Source: Bugula neritina
Lineage: Eukaryota; Animalia; Bryozoa
DNA: 64,000 bases
Assembly: GCA_964035545.1 (NCBI GenBank)
Contig: OZ037768.1
Location: 17,901,700 to 17,965,699, forward strand
Reading direction: 5' to 3'
Made by a program: the position numbers and the translations under genes. Shown here piece by piece: positions 1 to 11,166 of this stretch. Each line of letters begins with the position of its first letter. Position 1 is the stretch's first letter. The notes beneath the pieces were generated by a model. It searched no databases and had not been told where the DNA came from. It saw only the letters and a program-made list of their open reading frames with translations.

Positions 1-159
1 ATTGAATATTTTACCATATATAGCATACAGTATTTATACAGTTACAATAAGTTGTGTGAAGCTATTCAGGACTCTTTTCAGCTGTCTTCTAAAATGATTT
101 ATTAATGAAGTAACATGTAAATATGAAATTATAGCTGCTTGATGTTATGTTCTATGCAG

Positions 160-3100
160 CATTTACTACGGAAGCAGCGTATTCGGCAGGATCTATTGAA
201 TCAAAACTCATCTACTGATTCTCAAGAGGAGAAGGAGAGTGTCGACGAAGAAAATGTAAGTGTGGTGGTCGGAGCATTTGACTTACTGTATGTATATATA
301 TGTATGTATGTGGAAGTAGAGGGAGTTCATCAGGTGACTATGCAGAGTATGCAGACGACAATGAGGTGTGTATTGAGTAGTGAAAGTGGAAGATAATATT
401 TAGCATGTGTAGCATAGCTACAGCCTAATTAATGTACAGTGCTCCCTCCGTATCTCACTAAGCTGCAGGTCCCGAAATCTCAATTCCTGACAATGTAGAG
501 TATTATATTTAACTCACAGATCAGTTAACTTTTGCTATTTTGTCTCAATACACACATACATAGGCATTGCATTTGACCTTTAGTTCAATTACTACCAAAA
601 CAATACATTTCACGCCCATCATACAAGAGATAGCTTCTACACTAATGGCTGCGTTACTTACTCTAATTTTGAAGTTGACACGAAAAAAATCTTATTTCAA
701 CTAAGAGACGGGGTCTGAACCCTTCTCGTGACCTATGCAATTTTACGAGAAATGTATCCGTGAGCTACGGAGAGAGCACTGTGCATTCACTAGGCTGTAG
801 CTATGCTTATACATGCTGAATATTATCTTCCACTTTCACTACTCACCACACACCTCATTGCTGTCTGTATAGTCACCTGATGACCCCCCCCCCACTTCCT
901 GCTAAAAACCCCCCCTTATTTGCTGGGGTTATTGTCAGCTCCTTGCCTGATGTCCAAGTGTGTTTGTCTTTACTGTGGGGTAGCTACATTATTTTGTAGT
1001 TGCCTGTTCATGTAAGATAGCCTACTTTTCCTCTGTCTTCCTGTTTTTGCTTTGATATCAAAGTACAGAATTTGAATTATTTTTCTAAGTCATTTTAAAT
1101 TTTTGTGTGTAAATAATATAAGTGTTTATTGTCTTAGTATTGGTGGAGACCAGTTAAGCCAGACGAGTTCCATGCCCTACCCGATGTACAGGTGTGTTTG
1201 TGCTTTACTTCTCTATTTGTCTTGACTGTGGGGGAGCTACATTATTTTGTAGTTGCCTGTTCATGTAAGATAGCCTACTTTTCCTGTCTTCCTGTTTTTT
1301 GCTTAATATCAAAGTACAGAATTTGAATTATTTTTCTAAGCCATTTTAAATTTGTGGATGCGAATAATATAAATGTTTATTGTCTTAGTATTGGAGAGTT
1401 GCAGTAGATAATAGCTATACAGACAACTCACCATAGTTTTACTAACCCACCCAGTGTTATGATAAATGCTGTAGCCTACACAACTTCATAGTTATTTAGA
1501 CATCTCCAGCCCTACTCCATGTTCAAGTTTTTTTTAACTCTGTCTAACCTGATCTGTTCGTATGTAGAATATCCTGTAGTAACTGTATCTGTAAACTATC
1601 CTGTAGTAACTGTATCTGTAAACTATTCTGTAGTAACTGTACATGTAAACTGTCCTGTAGTAACTGTATCTGTAAACTATCCTGTAGTAACTGTATCAGC
1701 TGTAAACTATCCTGTAGTAACTCTATCAGCTGTAAACTATCCTGTAGTAACTGTATCAGCTGTAAACAATTTAAAGGGTGCGAATGCGTCATCAGAAGAA
1801 AGCTCAGTGCCTCCTGTTCACAATGGTCACAATTCACAGAATCTTCCAGAAAGCTCTGTAGACCAGACTCAAGAGTTTGAAGAAATGCTGGCTAATTACA
1901 AAGCTCTCGAAGAAGAGATCAATACGGCTAAAGAAAAGGTCAGTTAAGCTATATTACGAGTTTCTGCATATGAATATGATCTGTGTTGTGTGAACGGGTG
2001 GGAGTATTAGTTTGTGGGTCAATCAATCTAGTGTAGCAGTCTGCGTCTATAATTTTATTTTTGAATATGTCCAATAATAAAGTTTCTGTAATTGTAGGTA
2101 AACTGTTTTGGTTTGATTTTTTGTAGTTTAATAATATTTTGTTAGACTGATTTTTGTATTTAATTTTCTTGTTATTTTAGCTAAAAGAAATTGAATTTCT
2201 AAGTATAATATGTGTTACCACTAAAATTCTGAGAAAATGGTGGTTTTAGGGGTGCAAATCATTTGGTATAAATTTCTGAATAACTTTTGTTTACATGTTT
2301 GTATTATTGACGATTTCTCTGATTATGTTTGCTTACAGACACTTGCCAGGGTAGGTCCAAATCGGCAACCGATCTCACCATATTCACTTAACGCAATAAC
2401 TGTAAACTGTGAATTTACCTTTTCAATTTCCGTTAATCATCTCCACAGCAATTATTAAATTGTATACTTAGTCAGCACGTTGCAATGCCATGCCTTAGGC
2501 ATGAACCCCTCTCCCCTGTATTTGCAGCAAACCATAAATCCACCTACCTTAACACATGTTTGAACATACTCCGACATTTTTATATATACATTAGCTGTGC
2601 CTTTTTAGCCAAACCTTTGCTATGTAATAGGACTTGTCTGTTGAACACTAATTCGTTGCACAAAGTTTTCTCTTCTGGTAAAATTGGGCAGGTTTAAAAT
2701 GATGTTTAGTCCTTTTATACTTGAATTGTGTCAGATATATGATGTATTTTGTGTGTAATTTATACTTTAAATACTCTTTTAGTGTCAATGATCTTTGCAC
2801 TACTGTGTGCTTGATTGTTGATGCTTGTTCTTTGATGTTGGTTCAGTTAGACCAGTTTTAAGGTCATAGAGAGGTCATGCTGCCGACCCGAGTTTCTGAT
2901 TCGCCAGTTTATCTGTTTCCTGTTTGGCTGACTGTAGTTGACTATGATGGAGGAAGTGGAACTCGAGAGAGATGCTCAGAGGGAAAGATGTACTCAGTTA
3001 GAGGCTCAACTTGAGATCTCTCAGAAGATAGTTGATACTCAAGAAGCTGCCCTGGCAGCCAAAGAGGTCAGCATCATTGAGCTATTCTTTTATATTCCTG

Positions 3101-6100
3101 TGTTTATGGCTACATTTCTGTTGACACCTCAAATAGAGATATACACTTCAGGAAACTGCACATAAATGGATTACTTGTGGTTTGCATGAACTTATGGTTT
3201 TTGTTTCATTTGATGTAACTATTTTCATTATTCGAATGATGGAAACACAGTGATGGTGAGGATATATGCTTTTAGCCAGGCTATTACTTTGTCTCATCTC
3301 TATAAGCATTTCTATAAGCATCTCTAGCACATGCTTGTCAGTGAGATTACGGATGTTAACCTTGTACGAGCATTTCTACCATCTCTTGTTCAAGTAATGG
3401 AGTAATTGAGGAGCACTAAATTAAACTTTGGTCATGTGGTCAATCTATGTAAAATCAATGTTTCAGGAGGAACGCCAAGAAATTGAGAAAAAGTATATTA
3501 AGGCGAAAAAATTAATCAAAGATCACGAAATGAAGAATACAGAGCTTGCGGACCAGCTCCGAACCTTGAAATCAAAGGTATACCTAGGCCTACCTCTTTT
3601 CTACTTATGTTTATTAATGGTTTAAATTGTTCATACAATTTATAAAGAGACAACTATCAAAGATTATTTTAGTACCAAAATGGCACTTTTATAGTAATAC
3701 ATATATAAATGGCTTGAGTGTGTTTATAAACTTTGCAAAGGGCCCCAACTCAATGGTTTTGGCATGGTAATGTTTATATCGACAGTGCTGTGATTGCATA
3801 TTCCCTATTGCTCAAAATACAGACAGAATTATATTTTTCTAGATTTCCCGATTGGAGGAAGCCAACCAACATATTTACTCTAGCAGGTCTGCTCCACAAG
3901 AGGGTGTCGAAGGTATAGGCAGTGTTTTTAATGTTTTAATTCATTGAAGTTGACCAGCAAAACAATAAATGTGTTTTGGCTGTTGTTAGTAGATTTCAAG
4001 TTTTAAGCCTTTTTACTGATGGTTTTTCAACATGTATTGCTCGAAAGTCTTTGGCACACATGTGAATACCTTGTAGACATTTTAATAAAGATTATAATGC
4101 AGTTACTCTTGTTTGTAGCGTATGTCGACAGCGAGAATGAATCACTAGATGCTGACATAGTTTCTGGTGAGTCATTATTCTATATTAAAATGTCAGGTTT
4201 TCTTTTTGCTAAGGTAATCTGTAAGCTGACCTCATGGAGTGTCAAGCTTCCCCCTAACGTAAACACTGTTGTGCCCCAGTGTTGTGCCCCAGTGTTGTGA
4301 TATGCTTGAGTGGTGTCTAGTAAACAATAAGGAAATTTGGAGTAAAGAGTCACCCTAGTTTTTATTTACACTAAATGTTGTTGATGTAAACATAAGCTGA
4401 ATGTGATACTTACTGAACTATCTGTATGACGGTCAGTGCATCCTATTGACCAATTGTAGTTCAACAATACAGGAAATATATGATTGTATTTATCATGTAA
4501 ACAGTTAGCTGTGAAGTTGTATATAACTGAGCTGAATGCATTTTGTTGAGTTTGTTGCTGTGTCTGGTTGTGCATGTTAAAGAGCCTCTGCTTAATTTGA
4601 CTTACTAAAATGGATAGAATAGAGTTTACTAGGCAAATTTACCCTCAAAGGTCTCCTCTTAGGAAACGACGAAAAGCAGGTAGATTTGTTTTCGTTTTAG
4701 TGAGCTGGTTTGTAAGCTTCTAGGTTATGGTAATAGTTATAGTTATAACAGTCATAACAGTAGTTGAAGTTGTAATAGTGATGGTAGTCATAGTATTAGT
4801 TATTTTAAAGTATTGAGTTTGTATTTAAGATGGTTTTGAGTGCCAACCAGGGCTTATCTTCTTCCTTGCCCAAACACATGAGATGTCAATTTTCTGAAGC
4901 CATTGCTTTGACTTGATTTCAAAGTCTCATTTTATTTGCAGTTCTTGAATTAGAATGGGAAATGTCCAATTTTCTTGTTATAAACAGGAAATGTCTAATT
5001 CACTTGTTACAATTTATTGCTTTTGTGTTAGCAGTATCTGATCACTATCATTTTTTTGCTCTGTCAGCACAAAATTTTCCTGGTACTTATTGTATTGGTT
5101 ACAAATTTGAAGCTAATGTCAATTTATCAAGACAAAACTGCTGCTTTTTTCTTGGTTAAAACACAAACAAGTATCGAAGGGGTCAGATGGAAAGGGGCGT
5201 AATTTTATAATTTATTTAGAGAGAAGACCAGCAGTAAAACAAGTGCTTGCATGCTCAGCTATAATCATTGTGCGCTTTGTTTTGCTCCAACAGAAGCACC
5301 ACTGATGTCTATAGAAGATATGAATGTGGCTGGAAACTTAGCCAGACCTCTATTAGACAATAGTCATCTTAAACTACGTTCACATCTGGCCCACGGTGCA
5401 GTTGCAAAGCGTAGACCTCCCTCTAAAGTTAGCTCCACTGTGAGTGTTGTACTATAATGTATACATATAAGTTTTATATGTCTCTGTGTTTGGCTTACAA
5501 GTAGTGTGGTGTACGGCATGTTTGGATGTGCTCGTGTATTTACACTGTACTTATGCACTGTAGTGCAAATCTTTGGGATAGTTATTGTGGTATAGCACTT
5601 TCACAACTTACATTATCATGGGTTCACACCATGATTTAACTAGTTCTTTTATTGTGTAATAATTTAATTTAGCATATTTGACTAGGTTTAGCTGACTGTT
5701 AACACGTTATATATATTAACTGTTAGTTACAGCACAGTATGTGTTAAATTCACACTTATCAACATGTTTTACTGTAACAGCCATTGGCTATTCTGGTAAG
5801 TTCTTCTCCCAAATAAGCAACTGAATGTAAATGTGAATAGTACGAACCCTTAGCAGTTTCCATGGTTTTAGGTTACACATATTCGTTTTACTGTAGGTGT
5901 TTAAAGAAAATGATAAGAATAGCAACAATATAGCTCAAGAGGTTCTCCCTAGGCTGCCTAAACACTTAGCTGCCGATGATAGGTGAGTGACTACCAGATT
6001 CTATCCAGAAGGTTTCTGCCCAGATAATTTATTCGGGGTTTGGGGGGGGGTTTAAGGGATTCAACAAAACTGTGACCTGAAACGATATCAGTAGTCTAAT

Positions 6101-8888
6101 GTTTATTGGCTAGTCACTTTTGTTGGAGCTGTTGTCACTATTTTACTAAATGAGTGGCTTCCTGTGGCAAACATTTTTGCTATTATCTTTTAGTTCACTG
6201 TTTTGTATACTGGATCAGTTTTTATACAACTTTCAAACACTCAGTAATAAGAAGTCAACCTTTAATCCTCTCAGTTCTGGAAGTTTTAAATTCTGTTAAA
6301 ACTGTGTATTGATTATAAATAATTGATATTACTGCTAGAATATATGCAAGTCTCTGTTGAGAACCCATGAGTATCAATCAACCACTCTACTATACAGAGT
6401 TGTCTGTGGTAATCTAAGTTGGTGTTGTTTCTTGTAATTCTACTTGCTGAGTTTTCACTAACTATGATGAGTTTTACAATGAAATGCGGAGAACAATTTT
6501 AATATTCTTTCTGCTTCTTATTCAAGTGAAAAACATTCTTACTGCCCTTTGAAACCCACGATGCTCTCTTGTTTGAAATGGAAAATATATTGCTCTTATT
6601 CAACTCCTAACTTTCAGCCATCAGCTATACTTTAGTATTATTAATTCTTTCAGTAATTGTTTTTTGGCATTACTTTGCTTTTTACATTTTTCTATGCAGC
6701 AGTGATGCGTGACAATAGTTGTTCTACCCCTGAAATATTTACTTTTTCATTAATAGATACAATGTATCATTTTTCACACCAACTCATTTCAGAATAAATC
6801 AGGAAAATTATCGCCCAGTTCCTGCTGCTCGAGAGAAATTAAAAAAACCTTCGAAGGGTTTGAAGAGGTACATCGCCACCCCCTGTGTTCGGCACACTAA
6901 GTTTCTCTTTTCATTAACCCATATTTTAATAGCACGCAGTGTTTACATCACTCTTCGGTTGCTTTGCTCTTTCAACAAAGATCAACAGATAATTAATATA
7001 CATGCAGCAGTTTAGTTTCTAACTTTTCTGTTTTCATAGATTTGCAGTTAGTTTCACTTTCACCTTTTAATAGGCTTCAAAGTTGAAACTCACCTAAACT
7101 AACACACCCACTTTTATTTCTATTAGAGGGCATTCTGCTTTATACTACAAGTCCCAGTTCTTGTTTAGGCATTTTATTCGATATGGCGGCTTGAGTTTTT
7201 TAAAAAATTAATAGCCTGTTTTATTAACATCTATAGTAGAACAGTAATGTACATTTATACCTTAGTTATAATTTGAACATGAGTTAGAGTTGTGTGCTCC
7301 TGCAAATTTATATGATGTATTCATGTCCGAGTTTGGCTCACTGACTGAAGTCTTTGAAGAAGTAGCACCAATTAATAATGCACATTATTACTATTACTGT
7401 AACATACAGAATAGTTGTTAGTGTGGTTCAAGTGTTTGAAATATTGGAGTAAACAATTCCAAGTTACTCTGCTACACATGCCAAGAGTTACATTACTAGC
7501 TATTTTCAAACCAGGTGAATCAATAATTGAATGATTAAAATGATAATGATAGATTAGTTAGTCACTGGCAACCATAAACTAGACAAATCCATATACATGT
7601 ATATCACAAATTTGAATGATAGTTCTGCTGATATTGATACTCAGTATTGCAATGGCCAAATATAATAATAATGTGAGTGAAAATTAACATCACAATACTA
7701 AATACTAAATGTTTATTGCATATGTTTTAGTGATGACTCTGACGCATCTAGCAGTATGTTTGGAGGGTACAGAAGTGAAGGAAATATTGCTGGAGAGGTC
7801 AATTCTAATCCTCACTCATCGGCTGGAGTTATGCTCATTGCATCTAAGCCTTTGCAGGGTAAGAATGATTCAGCTTCTCCTCCAAGTAATTTTTGTACCA
7901 AATTTATCTTACTCTCTCAATAATATCTGGAGGTAAAATGGTTTATATACAAGTTGTAAGTTAGCTTTGTAAGAGTGACTGTGAGCTACTAAACACGTAA
8001 CTTACCAATGACGCTATAAATCTATTTTATTCAAGAATAAGTAAAAAAACATGTTTTTGGTTGATATCTGCCTGCGGATCTCTATTCTGTTGCAATAGGT
8101 CATGCTCTTCCAGACATTCTAGTACCTTAATAGTAGCTCACCTACACAAGTACATGAGGAAACAATAGCTTTCTTTTATGATTTTATGAGATAATTTGTA
8201 TTGATTTTAATAGGCAATTATTTGTATTTTTGCTATTAGTCTATCATGACTCTATATAAGAATAGCTGTTGTAATGTATGTTAGATTTGTGCACCAAAGT
8301 ACGCTGTTGAATTGCAAGTTTTAATAACTCTTGAAGAATAGTTGAATAAAATTATTGGCGAGAGAGCTTTAGCAAACATGGTTTTTAAATAGCACATGAC
8401 AAGCATATTTAGTTTTGACTGACTGCTCAGAATATATGGAAACAACATTTCCCCATGTTTAGCCAGGAAACTTGCCTTGAGTATATTAACATGTATACCC
8501 ACTATGTATGTTTAGTTCACATATATTGGGTCAAAGTTATTGCTTATTGAATAATTTTAATTATGAAACTGTGTTTAAAGCCCTGGCCACACGATCGTGA
8601 GAATTACACGAAATCGTCTATTCGACACGAAAAAACATTCGTACGAGAAAATTTGAGGGAATTCAAACGAAATCGTCATCGTTGGGTGTGCACAACGATG
8701 ACGATGGACGAAAAATCACAATCGACGATAAGTACCATTTGATTGGTCAATAGAATTTTAGCAACAGTGATTATTTCATTTCTACTAAGTTTCTCTATTT
8801 GGCAATGTTCTGCTGCTTGTATCTCGTGCAAGACTCATTCACGGACTAATAAAAATGACTTGTTGCCATCAAAGTGGTATATATTAAG

Positions 8889-8976
<88 letters not shown>

Positions 8977-10470
8977 GCACGCCAAATAATTACTACAAAT
9001 TTCAAAAATAGCATAAACTAAGTAGTATTACTATGCCTATTAGCATCCAATTTACTAGTCTTACATTTATAGCAACTGTAAAGTATTTTGCGTAAAATAG
9101 CTATTGCAAGCATAATTCAATTCATATTCACATGGTAATCACAGCGAAGCTTAAACTTTATAGCTTTGTATTTACGTGCATGAGTGAGTTTTAAATTTTT
9201 TTTTAATTTTATATGCATAAAAATGTTTTTAAAAACTTTACCAATAAACAAAACTAAAAAATGTACACATAAAATACCAAAAAAATAACAAAAATGGCAA
9301 AGTTTTTCCTTTATAACTTATATAGACTTGCGGTACCAATCTCGGCATAATGACTTTTCGTTTAAACGATCATGTGGCTGGTCAATACGAAAAGATAACT
9401 CACGAAAATCGTCACACGAGTTTCGTGTCATTCTCACGATCGTGTGGCCAGGGCTTAAGTTTTAGTCAAGATAGTTATGGACATTTCTGTGCCCCATAAA
9501 TGTAATTAGGCAGCCTGGCTTTAAAGTATTTGGTTATCTTTTTAGATTCAGCTTCCAATTCAGTCTCGGCAAGTATGGGAAGTCAGGAAGATATGCTAGG
9601 GTCAATGTCAAGTCTGGATGACAACTTAAGTTCTCGGGTAACGATGATACTTGTACGCTAGTTGTCTATGATTTGAGCGCAAAACACCTTCGTTTGCTTT
9701 TCTGGCCAGTACTTCTCCTTTTGATGGGCTATGTACTTCATGAACTAGTTATTATCTCTAAGTACATTTTAATGCAAATTGGAATAATTTTTTCAAGTTG
9801 TGGTGACAAATATGTGAACTTATAGCTAAAAATTTAGTGAACATGAAGGGGATAATCAAGAGTTGATTTTTAATGGTACAAAGGGTGAAGTTTTTTCTTG
9901 ATGCGTCTGTCTTGGTAAATTAGATAATGCTTTGCTGGCTGCATAGAGAGTTGCTATGTTTTAGTCGCACATGATACACTGCTACATGTGGAGCACAGAG
10001 CAAGTTGGCCAGTGGTTATATGACATTGGACTCTCCCATCTCTCCAATTTGTTCATTCAAAACAGCATTGATGGAAAATCATTGCTGATGATGGACTCGG
10101 CCCGTATTAAGGTTAGGTTTTGTTCTGGCTGTATGAATTTAAAGCACACCCATTACATTTTACTATATACTTTTTTTACAACTACTGAAATCAACTCAGT
10201 TGGATATTGTGTATATATACTAAATTGAGGTGAAGGAAAGTGGGTAGATAATATATTATGCTGAATTTCATACTGATGCTGTGCTTAAGAAAGTGTATTT
10301 GCGTATTTTAGCAAATGGGAGTTGCAACGAAAGAGAAGGCTGTTCTAAAGAAAAAGCTAAAAGATTTGCGGTCTGCTTATGATAAAGAAAGGAAACAATT
10401 AGAAAAGGATCAGAAGTCAAAAAGTCCAGTGACAAAGAAAAAGCCCAAATCTCTTTTCGCTCGTTTTTAG
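160..10470 (+). CDS. PPP1R9: Neurabin/spinophilin-family protein, C-terminal part (coiled coil + SAM domain); 5' exons lie upstream of the window; multi-exon
   Basis: Phase-consistent exon chain: 160-255, 1138-1191, ~1777-1938, 2938-3066, 3468-3577, 3843-3912, ~4099-4146, 5293-5439, ~5898-5982, 6793-6867, 7731-~7858, 9546-9637, 9965-10111, 10312-10470 (TAG). Peptides EIEKKYIKAKKLIKD, LDNSHLKLRSHLAHGAVAKRRPPS, SAM domain WSTEQVGQWLYDIGLSHLSNLFIQNSIDGKSLLMMD and QMGVATKEKAVLKKKLKDLR match neurabin-1/spinophilin C-terminal motifs as I recall them. Confidence 0.85.
311..900. repeat. Long imperfect inverted repeat (arms ~311-457 and ~760-900) in a neurabin intron, enclosing a MITE
   Basis: Left arm catcaggtgactat...gagtagtgaaagtggaagataatatttagcatgt...agcatagctacagccta is the reverse complement of right arm taggctgtagctatgct...acatgctgaatattatcttccactttcactactc...atagtcacctgatg. 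Confidence 0.9.
437..781. mobile_element. Tc1/mariner-type MITE, family A (TIR CAGTGCTCCCTCCGTATCTCAC)
   Basis: TA-CAGTGCTCCCTCCGTATCTCAC ... GTGAGCTACGGAGAGAGCACTG; the same TIR recurs at 25040 and 36920; TA flank and CAGT terminus are typical of Tc1/mariner. Confidence 0.8.
946..1394 (+). repeat. Tandem direct duplication (~200 bp units, 946-1143 and 1180-1394) of a donor-intron-acceptor segment flanking a 54-nt exon
   Basis: Both units read ..gatgt(c/a)ca(a/g)gtgtgtttgt..agctacattattttgtagttgcctgttcatgtaagatagcctacttttcct..aagtacagaatttgaattatttttctaag..tttattgtcttagtattgg. Confidence 0.9.
1569..1768 (+). repeat. 27/30-bp minisatellite (AACTATCCTGTAGTAACTGTATC[AG]CTGTA), ~7 copies, probably intronic
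   Basis: Directly visible; translates as NYPVVTVS(A)V repeats in ORF 1519-1947. Confidence 0.9.
4725..4830. repeat. Short degenerate 6-bp-periodic tract
   Basis: ggttatggtaatagttatagttataacagtcataacagtagttgaagttgtaatagtgatggtagtcatagtattagtt, shortly after a GT donor at 4680. Confidence 0.6.
8579..9455. mobile_element. PIF/Harbinger-like MITE (877 bp) containing a (TA)n tract
   Basis: TIRs AGCCCTGGCCACACGATCGTGAGAAT(T/G)ACACGAAA at both ends, with TAA target-site duplication at 8576-8578 and 9456-9458. Confidence 0.9.
8891..8972. repeat. (TA)n microsatellite
   Basis: Directly visible. Confidence 0.98.
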
Positions 10471-11093
10471 CTCACATCAGAGTTTGTGAATTTCACGTGT
10501 ATTGTAATTCAACCATCATATCTTTTATACTTTATTTTATGTTAATCAATATTTACCATTTTCATCGCTCAGTACAGGGGCCATCTATTCACAGGCCTAC
10601 AATTGTATGAAAATGCATGAATTGTTGACTACTTGTTGGCTCTAAATACTTATATGCATCTGTGCAGAAGTTATCTCACCTCTAATTGTCTTGTTATACT
10701 CTCATGTTTCGTAGTGATTCGCTTAAAGTTTTATATCCTCGCTAAATTTCTATGCAATTCATTGTTGTAAGCATTTTTAGACAACTGTTCTCTTTTTGTC
10801 ACATTGGCTGATGCACCATAAATAATTCTTGTTGATTTCTTGAGTAATATTAGAATAATGCATTCCATTGGAATTATGCAAAAATAATTTTCAATTTGAT
10901 AAAATAGGGCCAATTAACTGAATTTTGCCATTTTGTACATATATGAAGCACACAGCACTGCCAATAATACATATTTTGGTGCTTAAAGTAATGGATACTT
11001 TTGCAACTCCTTCAAACTAATATTTCTCAAGTTCAATTATGTGTAGAAACCTCTTAAACATGTCTTTATTTATTTGTTTAACTTTATACAAAT

Positions 11094-11107
11094 ATTTATT
11101 AATAAAT
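11094..11107. terminator. Palindromic two-way polyadenylation signal between convergent neurabin and SUMF1 genes
   Basis: ATTTATTAATAAAT gives AATAAA on + (11101-11106) and on - (11095-11100). It lies ~630 nt after the neurabin stop and ~65 nt after the SUMF1 stop. Confidence 0.55.
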
Positions 11108-11166
11108 TAACAAGAATTATAGATGTTGTTTATTTTTTGAAGTTCTAAAAGTTGGAGAATTTGAAA

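Noticed and set aside
1519-1776. NYPVVTVSV repeat as part of neurabin
   Set aside because: The only phase-0 acceptor I found is at ~1776, after the minisatellite, so the repeat is most likely intronic.
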